Position numbers and translations under genes: made by a program. Of a DNA stretch of 64,000 nt, positions 36,871 to 49,539 are shown piece after piece; position 1 is the first letter of the stretch; each line of letters starts with the position of its first letter. The stretch is taken from the NCBI RefSeq assembly GCF_006345805.1, contig NC_043005.1, positions 101,184,001 to 101,248,000 on the forward strand, written 5' to 3'. The notes under the pieces are model-generated. The model worked only from the letters and a program-made list of their open reading frames with translations. It made no database searches and was not told the DNA's origin. This DNA is from Octopus sinensis. Its lineage: Eukaryota.

Positions 36871-37385
36871 TAATGGAATCCTATATTGATAAGCATTTAT
36901 AGACAACTCTTCTGCTCTTCAGAGATATAAAACTTGAATTTTGTATAATCTATCGAATGGTAGTTTTTTCAAAAAATATGAAGTAATATAATAAAATGGT
37001 GTTTGTTTGAAATATAAATAAAAAATTAAAAATTACTGCTTTTGATTTTGGTAAGTACACTTTAGCATGAGTCTTTAAATCCATATATGCTTCCTTGGTT
37101 AGTCTTTTGTAATAATCCATTATAGTTATGTGTAAAATCCATTATATTGTCCTGCATTCCAAATATAGTTCATAGACTTAGATAATATAGAATAATGGAA
37201 TCCTATATTGATAAGCATTTATAGATAACTCTTCTGCTCTTCAGAAATATCAAATGTGAAATTTGTATACTTTAACAAATGGTAGTTTTTTAAAAAGTTA
37301 CAAAGTAATATGGGAAAATGGTGTTTGTTTGAAATATAAATTAAAAATGACTGCTTTTGATTTTGGCAAGTACACATTCATATGA
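36871..37385. repeat. AT-rich direct duplication, 322-bp period
   Basis: taatggaatcctatattgataagcatttatag starts at 36871 and 37193, with homology for about 195 bp. Confidence 0.85.
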
Positions 37386-37489
37386 GAATAAAAGAATTAC
37401 TGATGCTAGCCAAGTGGATGAAATATTTTAAAATTTCCAAAGTTCTCTTTATGATTCTTCATGAAAGTTTAATATTATTAGCAACAATA

Positions 37490-37700
37490 AGGTGGCAAAC
37501 TGGGAGAATTGTTAGGATGCTGAACAAAGGACTTAGCTGCATTTCATTCTGAGTTCAAATGCTGCCAGGGTTGACTTTGCATTTCAGCCGTTTGGGGTGT
37601 ATAAAATAAGCACCAGTTGAGTACTGCGGCCAATGTAATTGACTTAACCCCTCTCAAATTTGCTGGCCTTGTGTCAACATTTGAAACCAATATTACTAAC
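37490..37700 (+). mobile_element. SINE-E
   Basis: ggtggcaaactgggagaattgttagg...cattctgagttcaaatgctgcc...ggccttgtgtcaacatttgaaacc. Confidence 0.8.
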
Positions 37701-37703
37701 AAT

Positions 37704-37966
37704 GTGGAGGAGCGTGGCTTAGTGGTTATGGTGTCAGCACCATGATCGTAAGAATGTGGTTTCGATTCCTGGACTGGGCAACGCGTTGTGTTCTTCAGCA
37801 AAACACTTCATTTCACATTGCTCCAGTCCACTCAGCTGGCAAAAATGAGTAACGCTGCAATGGACTGGCATCCCGTCCAGCTGGGGAACACATATGCCAT
37901 AGAAACCGGGAAGCCGGGCCCATTAGTCTTGCTAGGCTTTAAAAGGGTGCATTTATTTATTATTTT
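37704..37966 (+). mobile_element. SINE-D subfamily with a 13-bp TSD
   Basis: TATTACTAACAAT at 37691-37703 and 37967-37979; A box tggcttagtggtt, B box ggtttcgattcc. Confidence 0.9.
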
Positions 37967-38360
37967 TATTACTAACAATAGTGTAAATCAATGGCACAAA
38001 GATTTTTGATTTATCTTAAAGATCAAGTAAATACAACTTTGAAATCTCAGCTTGAAACTGTTTGTTCTTCCGGTGTATTCTTTAGAGACTGCAAAGCAGC
38101 ACAAAGATGCAATCAGAGACGGTCTTGCATCCTGCTCTCTTTCTTATCCCATCCTATCACTACATGAAAAACACAACGATCTCAGGAGGAACAACTAAAG
38201 TCATTGCTTCAACCACTCAATCAAGAACTTGAGAGTTTTTGGGTCACACTTCACATACTTCAAATTTGCTAAATTAACTTTAGTCCTAATTAGTGAATAA
38301 TATACCATGATGTTGCTTCTATAACACGAAAGAAGCAATTTTAAAATCTTTTGAATATAT

Positions 38361-38759
38361 AGGCATAGGAGTAGCTTGCTTACGAACCACATGGTTCTGG
38401 GTTCAGTCCCGCTGTGTGGCACCTTGGGCAAGTGTCTTCTGCTATAGCCTCAGGCCGACCAAAGCCTTGTGAGTGGATTTGGTAGATGGAAACTGAAAGA
38501 AGCCCGTCATATATATGTATATATATATGTGTGTGTGTGTTTGTGTGTCTGTGTTTGTCCCCCCAACATCGCTTGACAACCGATGCTGGTGTGTTTCCGT
38601 CTCTGTAACTTAGCAGTTTGGCAAAAGAGACCGATAGAATAAGTACTAGGCTTACAAAGAGTAAGTCCTGGGGTCGATTTGCTTGACTAAAGGCGGTGCT
38701 CCAGCATGGCCACAATCAAATGACTGAAACAAGTAAAAGAGTAAAAGAGAGTAAAAGAG
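38361..38759 (+). mobile_element. SINE-A
   Basis: B box ggttcagtccc, full body, (GTAAAAGA)n tail. Confidence 0.9.
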
Positions 38760-39559
38760 TATATCATAAATAAAAGGGTACAATTGAACGGGGAATGGTT
38801 CTGCAATGCAAGAAGCAGAATGAAGTAAAGAGAGATAAAAATCTAAGAATGGTGCTTCATTATATAACCAAAATTTAAAAAATTTCTCAAGAAATACCTC
38901 CTTGAAATCAATAAGATCTTAATGTTGTTGTTGATGATGGTGATGTGATGATGATGATGAAGAATAATGAGGTATTATTCTCCTAAAGTAGATTATATCT
39001 CAGTATAATTTCTTTTATTGCTGCTATTTGTAAAAGAAAAAAAAGCAAAACTGATAAAGTTTTGTCTTATCATCAGATTGCTCTCAATCTCCAACAGTAA
39101 CACACAATGGTAACAGCCAAATAATGATTCACGCAATGGCATCAAGTGAAATTAACTTTTCAAGTGACTATGAAGCATAATCTGTATCATAAAAAGAGAA
39201 ATTATTCCCAAACCAGTGTCTTAGGTTGCTGAAGTGCAATGAAACTTTTAGACACTTCATAATAGACAGTACAGTTGAGAAATACAAGAAAAGTGACTGC
39301 AACATGTTTTGTGTGTTCATTCTGAATGGGAAGCTGTGTGCTCTTTCTGTGATGCATATTATTATTGCTGTTAATTTACAGTGTTTGTTGTTGTTGTGGT
39401 AATACCCATGGCTTTCACAAACCTTTCAGAATCAGTGAGAATGGTGCCATTAATGTTCCTCTTGAACTGTTGCAAGTCAACATACATGGTAAATTCCCCA
39501 AAACTGATGTTCTAGGAAGGTGGAACCGAGTAGAGTGCAAGCTTAGGTATTGGACATAA

Positions 39560-39850
39560 CAAGGGTAATGAGGAGACGAGTGAGTCGGGAATGCTTAGAT
39601 GGAGGTGGCCTGAGCCTAAGCAGCTTCAAGGAGCAGAAGCTGTTATAGAAATGATAGAATAGGCAGATAGAGGGGACAGTATGCCTGTAGCCCAGAGGCT
39701 GGAATGTGCATGTGAGTGACCCTTTTTCTGAATGCATTTGAGGATGTGCATGTATGCAGTACCAATACCGGCTCTGCAATGAGAGCAATTCTACAATGAG
39801 AGTCTCATAGGAGCTTTGTAGAGGGTCAATACTCATTGGGGATTGGAGTA
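39560..39850 (-). mobile_element. CR1/L2-type LINE 3' RT remnant
   Basis: Minus strand LYKAPMRLSL*NCSH...HILKCIQKK resembles the CR1 motif LYKAQVRP.MEYCSH.W.....LD.IQ.R. Confidence 0.5.
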
Positions 39851-40477
39851 TTTTCTGCTTTTTAAAGAACTGAGCCAGTAACTGATATGCAATTCTAGCT
39901 ATATTAAGGATATGCTTTCACCAGTCTATGTATGTTTTATGAATTAACTACTAACATTTTAAGTAAAATGATATAAGATGACTGTCACTTTGTCCTCTCT
40001 CACACTGGAGATTATAATGTTTAATGTAACAATTTTGTTGAAAATGATTTCATTAAAATTCTATTAAATAAAATAGCCTTAAGCATGGATTCACAATATA
40101 TTAGTATTTTTATACAGGATATGGCAAGAGTGTTGCTTCAGAAACAAGCAAGGTAGTCTAACTGCTTTACCATTTCTAGTTATTTGCAGTTTATATTGTG
40201 TCGGGACTGCTCCTCTTAAACTGATTAAAGAAGCTCTAGTTATCAACACAATTCAACTTATGATAAATTTTCATTACCACAGATGCCTTTCAGTAATGTT
40301 GTCCCCATTAAATACTATGGATGGACTTACTAAGGGCATCTGCTTTTAAGTTGTAGAAGATGACCAAACAGATGACTGCATTAAATTACCAAATCAGACC
40401 AATGAAACAAGACTTACAAATCTGCCAAACCGATTGGCTGAAATATGATCACATGGGCGTTAATGACAGTTAATTTC

Positions 40478-40877
40478 GGATCCTTTTGGTTTGAACGGCA
40501 GTTTTTTCTAGCGGTGTCATATGAAATTGTCACCCATAATTATGACCCTAGAATCGATCTATTGCATTTCAATTTCTTTTAGGGTTAGAGTATCTTTTTT
40601 TCTTCACAAATGTAAATAAACCCAATCTGTTTCTTAAACGAGGGACATATTCATACAGCACAGAATACTTTTTCACCTCAATAAACGTCAGTGATTGGTT
40701 GAAATTGCAGAAATTGAAGAAAAAAAAAACAACAAATATCTTACAAACTATAGAATTTTCTCAATAAAGCCAATAGAAAAAGATGTTTTATAAATACATT
40801 CTACCAGTATACGAAGTATGAAATTTTTTAGTTACCTAGAATTATGTTAAAAACTGCCATTCAAACCAAAAAGATCC
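40478..40877 (-). mobile_element. Merlin-like MITE, copy 2
   Basis: Same TIRs; TSD TTAATTTC at 40470-40477 and 40878-40885. Confidence 0.9.
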
Positions 40878-41324
40878 TTAATTTCTCATAGTGGAACTTT
40901 GTCATTTATGGCAAGATAGCTAGACCATAGTTCTAAATGATGGATCTTGAGAAAGATCTTGAGAAAGAAGATTCAAAACTCAAAAGAAGTCTCACTACAG
41001 TATTCTCAATGACTAAGGTATTATATAATGTATCTACATTTTTTTAAGGCTGAGGGAAATTTTACAACCTGAGGGAAATGTGCCTGCTATTTCTAACAGA
41101 TCAAACAACCACATAAAATCTCGTTTGTTTATCTGTAGTGTCTCATATTGACTCTGACAAAGCTATTCTACACTGCATTACATTCCAAAACAAACAAAAT
41201 TTTCAACTCCTTCATTTCGAGAAATAAAAAACTCAACAATGAGACTCAAAAACTGCTCAAGCTGGATGGAAATAATTTCATTTTCTTGGCATCTAAACCC
41301 CTTTCACTGATTATGCAGGTCTGC

Positions 41325-41600
41325 ACAGAATGTAAATCCACTGCTGTAAGTCCTCAAGTAATGTAAGCTCACACTTGAATGTCTACAAATCATGTAAACC
41401 TCGTGTATGTCAAGATTTAACATTTATCAGCTGTTGCATGTCTTACATGGGTCTACAAATTATGTAAACTCATCACTGTATACACAAAAGTATTGTAAAG
41501 CCATTGTTGTGTGTCCAGAAATAATGTAAACCCCATGCTTGCACATGTACAAGTAATGTAAACCCATTATTTTATGTTCAGAAATCATGTAAAACAACTG
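41325..41600. repeat. Degenerate 31-bp-period array with conserved AARTMATGTAAAC core
   Basis: Cores start at 41356, 41387, 41457, 41488, 41519, 41551 and 41582. Confidence 0.75.
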
Positions 41601-41731
41601 TGGTATATACAAATATAAAGTATACCTACAGGGTGATGTCTAAGACTAATGTAGACACCAGGGACGTACTGCCTGGGTAGGCAGTGCCTACTCTGAATAA
41701 AATAGATTGATAGTAACATTTTCCTTTTATG

Positions 41732-41968
41732 TACAAAGGCAGTGAGCTGGCAGAAACATTAGCCTACTGGGCGAAATGCTTTGCGGTATTTCGTCTGCCG
41801 TTACGTTCCGAGTTCAAATTCCACCGAGGTCGACTTTGCCTTTCATCCTTTCGGGGTCGATAAATTAAGTACCAGTTACACACTGGGGTCGATGTAATCG
41901 ACTTAATCCGTTTGTCTGTCCTTGTTTGTCTTCTCTGTGTTTAGCCCCTTGTGGGCAATAAAGAAATA
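41732..41968 (+). mobile_element. SINE-B with a 20-bp TSD
   Basis: AGTAACATTTTCCTTTTATG at 41712-41731 and 41969-41988. Confidence 0.9.
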
Positions 41969-42763
41969 AGTAACATTTTCCTTTTATGACAAAATATGCA
42001 CCTAATTCAATAAAATTATGAAGGTTGCTCTGATTATTCTGCATAAAATGCAAAATATCATTTTTTTTTTTGTACATTAGGTAGGCATAATTCATCTCTG
42101 CCTTTCAATTTCAGTATTAAAACTACGTACGGTACTGCTGTAGTACACATGCTGCGTACATTCCTACAACAATGTTTCCTTTATGCGCTATAAAGGTAGA
42201 CGTAAATCTGCCTCCAACTCAGTCGCACGCCTGTGTTTCACTTATTTTTTTGTGTGTTTTACTACATAAACATCACCAACTGCTTACCCTGAGTAATTAC
42301 ACATGCCTGATAGACTCACTTCGTTTGGGCAGAAGTAATGTAAACCCATTGTTATATGTTATATGTTCATTGTTATATGTTATATGTTCAGTGTGAACCT
42401 GGTGTTATATATTCAACTGTTGTACTTTCAGATTAATATTAACCTACTGTTATATATTTAACAGATGATACTACAAACAGACCTGATCAGCCCAGGGCAG
42501 ACCTGGAATCAAAGAAGAACAACTATAATGATTAAAATAAAGTTTGGTGTATAACTATTTAATTTATAGACCATCATCACTTTACCATTAATATGATCTT
42601 GATAAAATGGTAAATATACTAAAATTATGGTATATTATTTCAGGAAATCATAACTCTGGATTCAAACTTTTATACTGTTTGTTACTTTTAATACAAAAAA
42701 CACACTTAGAAAAATAAAATCAATGATTGACATTTCATGTTGAGTGCTTAAAGTTATTTTTCT

Positions 42764-43205
42764 AGGTGCATGTGTGGCTATGTGGTAAGAGATTTGCTTA
42801 CCAACAACATGTTTACAGGTTCAGTCTTACTGCATGCCACCTTGAGCAAATCTCTTCTACTATAGCTCTAGGCTGACCAAAGCCATATGAGTGGATTTGA
42901 TATATGGAAACTGAAAGAAGCCCATCATGTTTTTGTGTGTATGCATGTGTGTGTGTATGTGTATGTGTCTGTGCCTTTGCACTGTTGCTGTTTTTGTCTC
43001 CCGCCAATGCTTGACAACCAGTATTGGTTTGTTTACATCCCTATAACTTAGAGGCTCAGCAAAAGAGATTGATAGAATAAGTACCAGACTAAAATAAAAA
43101 CAAAACAAAGCCTAAGCACTGGGTTTCATTTGTTAGACTAAACCCTTCAAGACGATGCCTCAGCAACGCCACAGTCCAATGACTAAAACAAAAGACGAAA
43201 GATAA
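42764..43205 (+). mobile_element. SINE-A-related older subfamily
   Basis: tgtggctatgtggtaagagatttgcttaccaac...ggttcagtc; divergent 3' part ending aaaacaaaagacgaaagataaaag. Confidence 0.8.
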
Positions 43206-43744
43206 AAGATGCAAGTCTTCAGACAATTGAATCCCAAACCTCTACAAATCCTCTCAAAGCTCACTCTGTCATTTGATCCAGACACATCAACACAAGCATA
43301 AGATTGATGGATCTAATTAAAATACAATACCAAGACTTTATTAATGGATGTAGAGCCATCATCGTTAATTCTAGCAATCAGTTTTCCTTTGCTATAAAAG
43401 CTAATAAAGATGAGTGCTTCCGCAACCGTTATTGTCCAAATTATGTATAATGAGATTTCAATTATATTATCCTTCAGATGACAGCAATTGCCTTTCTTTA
43501 AGTCTTACAATCCAGATAACTTAGTAAATCCTTGCCTGGCCACCCATCACAAAAATATTACTCTCTCATATTTCGCAATAGAAAACCTTGGAACAGACAG
43601 AATGATATAAGCAGCGAGAGAGTAAGTGAGATGCTTCCATAACAGAAACACATGTAAGTGTTTCTTTCTGTTTGTAGAGGAAGTAAATAGACAACTAGCT
43701 GATAATGGACCATCTTCAATTAATGCAACTGAATCAGTTGTATG

Positions 43745-44047
43745 GTGGGGGCACATGGCCTACTGGTTAGAGCAGCAGACTCGTGATCGAGGGATTGCAT
43801 GTTCGAATCTCGGACTGGGTGATGTGTGTGTTTATGAGCAAAACACCTAAGTTCCACGAGGCTCTGGCAGAAGGTAATGGTGAACTTCTGCAGACTCTTA
43901 CGTCACAACTTTCTCTCACTTTTTCCTCCTGCATCTTGCAGCTCACCTGCGACGGACCGGCGTCCCATCCAGGTGGGAAACCTATATGCCAAAGAAACCA
44001 GGAAACTGGCCCTTATGAGCCAGGCATGGCTTGAGAAGGAACAAACT
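43745..44047 (+). mobile_element. SINE-D with a 13-bp TSD
   Basis: AATCAGTTG(T/C)ATG at 43732-43744 and 44048-44060. Confidence 0.9.
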
Positions 44048-47000
44048 AATCAGTTGCATGCACCTGTATGTAAGTGTGTATATATTCATTCACCTATGGA
44101 CAAAATACTACACACCTGCTTTTGACAAATATTGTCTCAGCTTAGAGTTTCCATATCAAATTTTAAATGTGCTACAATATAATAACAGGAAGAGGAAGCA
44201 GAAAACATTGGAAATAAAACTATTTGAAAAACTAGAAATTATATTACAGCAGTATAATTATGAATATTCTATTTATTTACACTGATTTCTGTTTTCCTTT
44301 TCTTTGTTTTTGTTTTTTTTTTCTTTTGCCTTAGCAAAATAAAAAGGTTCAAAATGATTTCCTGTTGCAATAATGCAATTGCTATAATCACTTTATGTGC
44401 ACCTACTCGTTTTTAGCATCTAAAACTGTTAGCATTTACACAATGAAACATTTCTTCATAACCTGAAGCAGTCTAACAGAATTTATCACATTTTCTAAAA
44501 AATGACTGTGTAAACCGAATCAAATTAAATGTAATTGGCTTAAGGCAGGTGTTGTTTGAAAGGTATGCAAAGCCAATAATAGTGAACAACCAACTTATTT
44601 CTATACCAGACACGAGTGGAATTTCTTTAAAAACAATTCACAATGCATCTAAGAATGTATGATACATTCATGAATGTTCTAATGCTGAGGTGCTGAGGGG
44701 CAAGTCCGGCTGGGGGGGGGGGGACAGGGGAAACACTTCAAAACAACATGGCTTTGCTAAACAAAATAATTTCAGCAATAAATTTCTGTCATTATGAATG
44801 TTATGTGGTAGATTTAGCTTGTAAACACAATCTGTTTTTATTATGAAGACATTTAATTTTTAACCAGACAAATCTGAAATAACAAACAAAACAAGAACTT
44901 TTGACAGAAATAAATCAATTGAGACAGTTCAAAAGGTGTGGTTTCTTTCACTGGTAATTATTTGGGTTTTCAAAATGAATTTATCGAATAAAATGGAGAA
45001 AAAATATCTTTTAAAGTAAAAAGCCTTTAAAGTTGCCCACCTGCAAGGATCTTGAAAGGGATGTTGAATGTCACAGATTCTAAACATTATCATGGATGAT
45101 TGAAGCCGAATTGAAGTAAATGGTAAGGGAAGAAAGGAAAACATTTAGAATATTCTAGTTCAAAAAAAAATTGCAATAAAAGAAAATTTGATTCTTTCAA
45201 CAACAGATCTAGAAGAAAATATAATCATTATGGAAATTCAAAACATGTTAAATTGATTGATTGATTAAAAATAAATTAAATTCCAACAAGAAAATTATTC
45301 CTAATTGAAATAGAATATTAAAATTAGACATTTACTCTCTAAAATTGTGCATATCATTCATGAATAAATAATTAAAGGAATGATTGGTAGGATCATTGCA
45401 ATTATTTTCTATTATTTTCTCATATAATAAAAGGATTATTCACCCCGAAAGATAAATTAAACACAAACACATGAATCTATTACAAGAAGCTGGAGAAACA
45501 TGAAAATATCCTTCTTTATGACAGAAAGTAGAAAGGGGAAAAAATCGTTGTTAATTGGAAGTAATTCATGTATTTTTGTAGTGTTTTAATGAAAGAGAAC
45601 ACAAAAGGGATAGTGAGATTAATAAAGAAAACAATTATCTGGTGTTTTTTGGGGGTTTTTTTGGTCTATTTAGTTTTCTATACAGAATGAATTTTGAAAC
45701 AAGGTAACAAATTCAAATTCCATTCATTATTTAGATTATTTAGTTACCTAACAAGGTAATTAAAGACTCTGAAATTGCAAAGCTGAGTCTTCAAGAAAGC
45801 AACAGAGTTGGATCCTGCTGCTTTGACTGTTTGGTTTGTAAGTTCTTCGTATAAGAAATATTTAATAAAATTACTTGGTAGAAAGTAAAGTCTCATTGTG
45901 ATAATATTTTATTTTCAAAAAGTCCATTTCTCTCCATGCTTTACACATTAAAACGGACTCACATATTTACATGGAAGTAGCAACAGGAAAATGTTTTCTC
46001 TTTAAATGATATATTTTAAAAATAAGTTTATACTCGTAAAGAATAAATTTCTATACAAGGAATGGAAAAAAAAGGCAAGCACCTTAGTTTAGTAATAAAT
46101 TATTTAATTTCCTGCTTTATAACTCAAGAAGGAAATAGAAATAAATTCTTTAATATTTAAAATAAAAGTGACAATATAATGAAATAAGAGGTTAAAATAA
46201 TTCTTTATTTATAGAGAGTTCAATAAAAATGTTGAGAGATTCTGGATAGAGAAATTCCAAGTACCACAGCAACTTAAGTTAGAGTATTTTGAATAGAGAA
46301 ATGTCTGATACCAGAGAGTAACAGAAAGTTCTAAATAAAGTGGTATTAGACATAAAATTCAAAACCAGAACTGTATTGAAACACGTGTACCAAAAGAGAG
46401 GAAATATAAATGTGAAGAATAATTTAAGAAAAAATAAAATCATGTATTTGTAAACTAGTAAAATTATATAAAAATGTTTCTAAAAGCTCTAAGAACTTAA
46501 TAACTCTTAATAGCTCTGAGACATAACACTTTCAAACAGCTCTAAGACTTAACACTGAATATTTAACATTTGTTAAAATGGCTTTGTGAATAATCAAGAG
46601 ATATTAGGCAGTACACTTCACTACATATGACAGTGGACTGTGTATATGCACGAATATACCTAGACATGAAGTGGAGATTATTTTAGATTTCAAGCCAAGT
46701 TAATGAGTGTGTAAGAATTAGACTGTTTCTATTTAGACTCTTTACATGAATGGGAAAATAGTTGAAAATTCCAAACATTTTTTTCTTAAAAGAATGTAAT
46801 GCAAAATTATATTACAAAAGCAAAATGCTTTTGAAGTGCGACCATTCCAGTAATTTTAAATAATGGCTGCAGAGACATGTATCTCCTGCAAAGTAAAAAG
46901 ATTATTTCTTAAAATTATACTTTTATGTTCTTACAGCATAATTCATGAATATCCTTAACTTGAAATGAGAATTATTACATTATTAGAATTAAATAAATTC

Positions 47001-47199
47001 CTAAGAGTACGGAAAATAGATTTTGATCTTAGATTTAAGGTTTGTAATTTTGATATTAATAATGGATGAGGTAGTGAAATATTAGAGGAACATTAAAATC
47101 TTGGACTGAGAACTTGATTAGCACCTGAATAGTATTTTACTGTTCTGAATTCAAAATCTTATCAGTATTAACAAAACAAGGCAAAACCGTTTAAAGAAG

Positions 47200-47580
47200 T
47201 TTGCTTCTCAACCATGAAGCTTTGTATGGGCAAATGTTTTCTATTATGGCACCAGAGTGACCAAAGCCTTGTGAGTAGATTTGGCAGATGGAAACCTACC
47301 ATGTGTGTGTGTGTGTGTGTGTGTGTAGGTACACATTGATATGTATATGCATGAACTTGTCAATAAGTATCAACATCATACAAATGGTGCCATTCCTTTG
47401 CAAGCCTCTGTAGAAACATGTCCAGTCCTCGTGCTATGTTTGAAGAATTAAGGCCAATGTCTCTTTACTTGGAACCAGGGGAGAATTAGTGACACAAAGG
47501 GTATCCAGCCATAAAAAATCTGCCTCAGTAAATCTCATCTAATTCATGCAAATATGGAAAAGCGAATGCTAAAACAATGG
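47200..47580 (+). mobile_element. Old SINE-A-like element
   Basis: gtttgcttctcaaccatg...gggcaaatgttttctattatggc...gaccaaagccttgtgagtagatttgg. Confidence 0.6.
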
Positions 47581-47965
47581 TGGGGATAATGTTGATGAAA
47601 TTCTGAGAATTATACTTAGACCAAATCAATCAAATCCACAACAAATTGATCAGGTCTTCAATCAATATAAACTGTAATTACAAGCAAAAATATTCTACAG
47701 TTGTTGTTATTGGTTAACCCCACATTAACCCTGATCAAGTAGAACAATGATAAAACACATTCTAACCATGATCATTCCATACATTAGATTACCAAATGCA
47801 CTCTTCCTTTGTTATGATAGTATGTAATTATAAGGGGATTTGGCTACTATTTCTAGCAGGTTTGATTGTAGGTTATTCAGTATTTTGTGTTAGCAATAAG
47901 AATCTATAACTGTCTGTGAATGATAATTCTTGTCTCACTTGGCACAAAAATTAAAATTAGGATAT

Positions 47966-48360
47966 AGGCACAGGAGTGGCTGTGTGGTAAGTAGCTTGCT
48001 TACCAACCACATGGTTCTGGGTTCAGTCCCACTGCGTGGCACCTTGGGCAATTGTCTTCTACTATAGCCTCTAGCCAACCAAAGACTTGTGAGTGGATTT
48101 AGTAGACGGAAACTGAAAGAAGCCCATCATATATATGTATGTGTGTGTATATTTTTCTGTGTCGGTGTTTGTCCTCCTAACATCGCTTGACAACCGATGC
48201 TGGTGTGTTTACAACCCTGTAACTTAGCAGTTCGGCAAAAGTAACCGATAGAATAAGTACTAGGCTTACAAAGAATAAGTCCTGGGGTCGATTTGCTTGA
48301 CTAAAGGCGGTGCTCCAGCATGGCTGCAGTCAAATGACTGAAAGAAATAAAAGACTAAAA
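47966..48360 (+). mobile_element. Full SINE-A
   Basis: A and B boxes, body and tail as in 10319-10779. Confidence 0.9.
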
Positions 48361-48546
48361 GAATAGTGAGGGTATTCTTTAATGGTCGGTTAAATTTTAG
48401 AATTGCTTCTGTGTGTTTCTCTATAATTTACTCGTTGACTGAAATGTCTGAAGTTATATGTTTAATTGTTATGTTTCTTTTCTTTTCAAATAAACACCCA
48501 AACTAGATATTGTTCTTCACTCATTTATTATTGTTCTTATGTCCAT

Positions 48547-48598
48547 TGTCTGGAAAGCTTTCATCACACACCTGTGACCTCTTCAGTGACTCATCCAT
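48547..48598 (-). ncRNA. Hammerhead-ribozyme-like motif (degenerate)
   Basis: Minus strand: gagtca CTGAAGA g GTCAC aggtgt GTGAT GAAA GCTT tccagac. Core motifs and stem II are present and stem III is palindromic (AAGCTT); stem I pairs poorly. Confidence 0.4.
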
Positions 48599-48771
48599 GT
48601 TTAGTTTTAATCTTTAACTAAAAAGAATACCAGAGAACAAGGTGCATAGATGCAATATCATTCACCAACAGAGTGCAGCCCCTGGTACACTATTGAGCTG
48701 TATTTTCTGTGTGTATTATCAAAACCAGTAGAGCACTAGGGGTTATACTACATGGCTGAATGAAAGAATAA

Positions 48772-48985
48772 TTAGAGTGGGTGCTACATGAAGCCTCTAC
48801 AGAGTGGATGTCACATGTAGCAATTACAGAATAAATGGTACACAAAATCATTAGAGTGGATGGCACATGAAGCCATTACAGAGGAGGATGTACATTAAAT
48901 GTAGTTACATTACAAATAGCTATTAGTCAGATGTCACATGAAGCCTCTACAGAGTGGATGGCACATGTAGCTATTACAGAATGGA
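48772..48985. repeat. 27-bp minisatellite (TACAGAGTGGATGGCACATGTAGCCAT)
   Basis: About 7 degenerate units; the same unit recurs at 50460-50545. Confidence 0.8.
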
Positions 48986-49364
48986 TGGCACATATAATTT
49001 ACAAATGGAATATTATAGTGAAAGGTTTGTCTAAGATACCCTAATGTTAGATTAAATCAATTTTACATAGGTTCAACACTTGTTTGGGGATTAAGTTATT
49101 TCAGGACAAGGAAATAAATTAAACCAAATGACAGACTAAATCTACCACCCAAGACCAGGAATAATTCTATGATAGGTTTCCCAAACAGTCTCTCTCTCTC
49201 TCAGCTGGATAATCATGTACTTTCTCTATAGCAAGACACCTGTTTCTGCCTCTCTGTCTCTCTGTCAGACTCTAATCTTTCATCATCTGACACACGATCA
49301 CCTCCTCTAATGTTTCCTCCCTTCTCAAAATTCCTTGTCTTGCAAGTTACTTGGTCACGCTTCT

Positions 49365-49505
49365 GGTGCTGGTGCCACATAAAAAGCATTCAGTCCACAC
49401 TGTAAATGGTTAGCATTTGGAAGGGTATCCATCTGTAAAAACTGACCTCGCTTGTGTTTGTGCCATGAAAAAGCACTTAGCCCACCCCTTGATGATAATG
49501 ATGAT
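49365..49505 (+). mobile_element. RTE 3'UTR fragment
   Basis: gtgctggtgccacataaaaagcattcagtccacactgtaaatggttagc. Confidence 0.65.
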
Positions 49506-49539
49506 GAAGGTGAGGAGTAGGAGGAGGATCTACTCAATT

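Noticed and set aside
40330-40437. Two minus-strand micro-exon candidates with GTAAGT donors (20 nt and 9 nt)
   Set aside because: Too short to assess without RNA data; such motifs are expected by chance.
41325-41600. CRISPR-like repeat/spacer appearance
   Set aside because: Eukaryotic context, 13-bp degenerate core, mutually related spacers and no cas genes.
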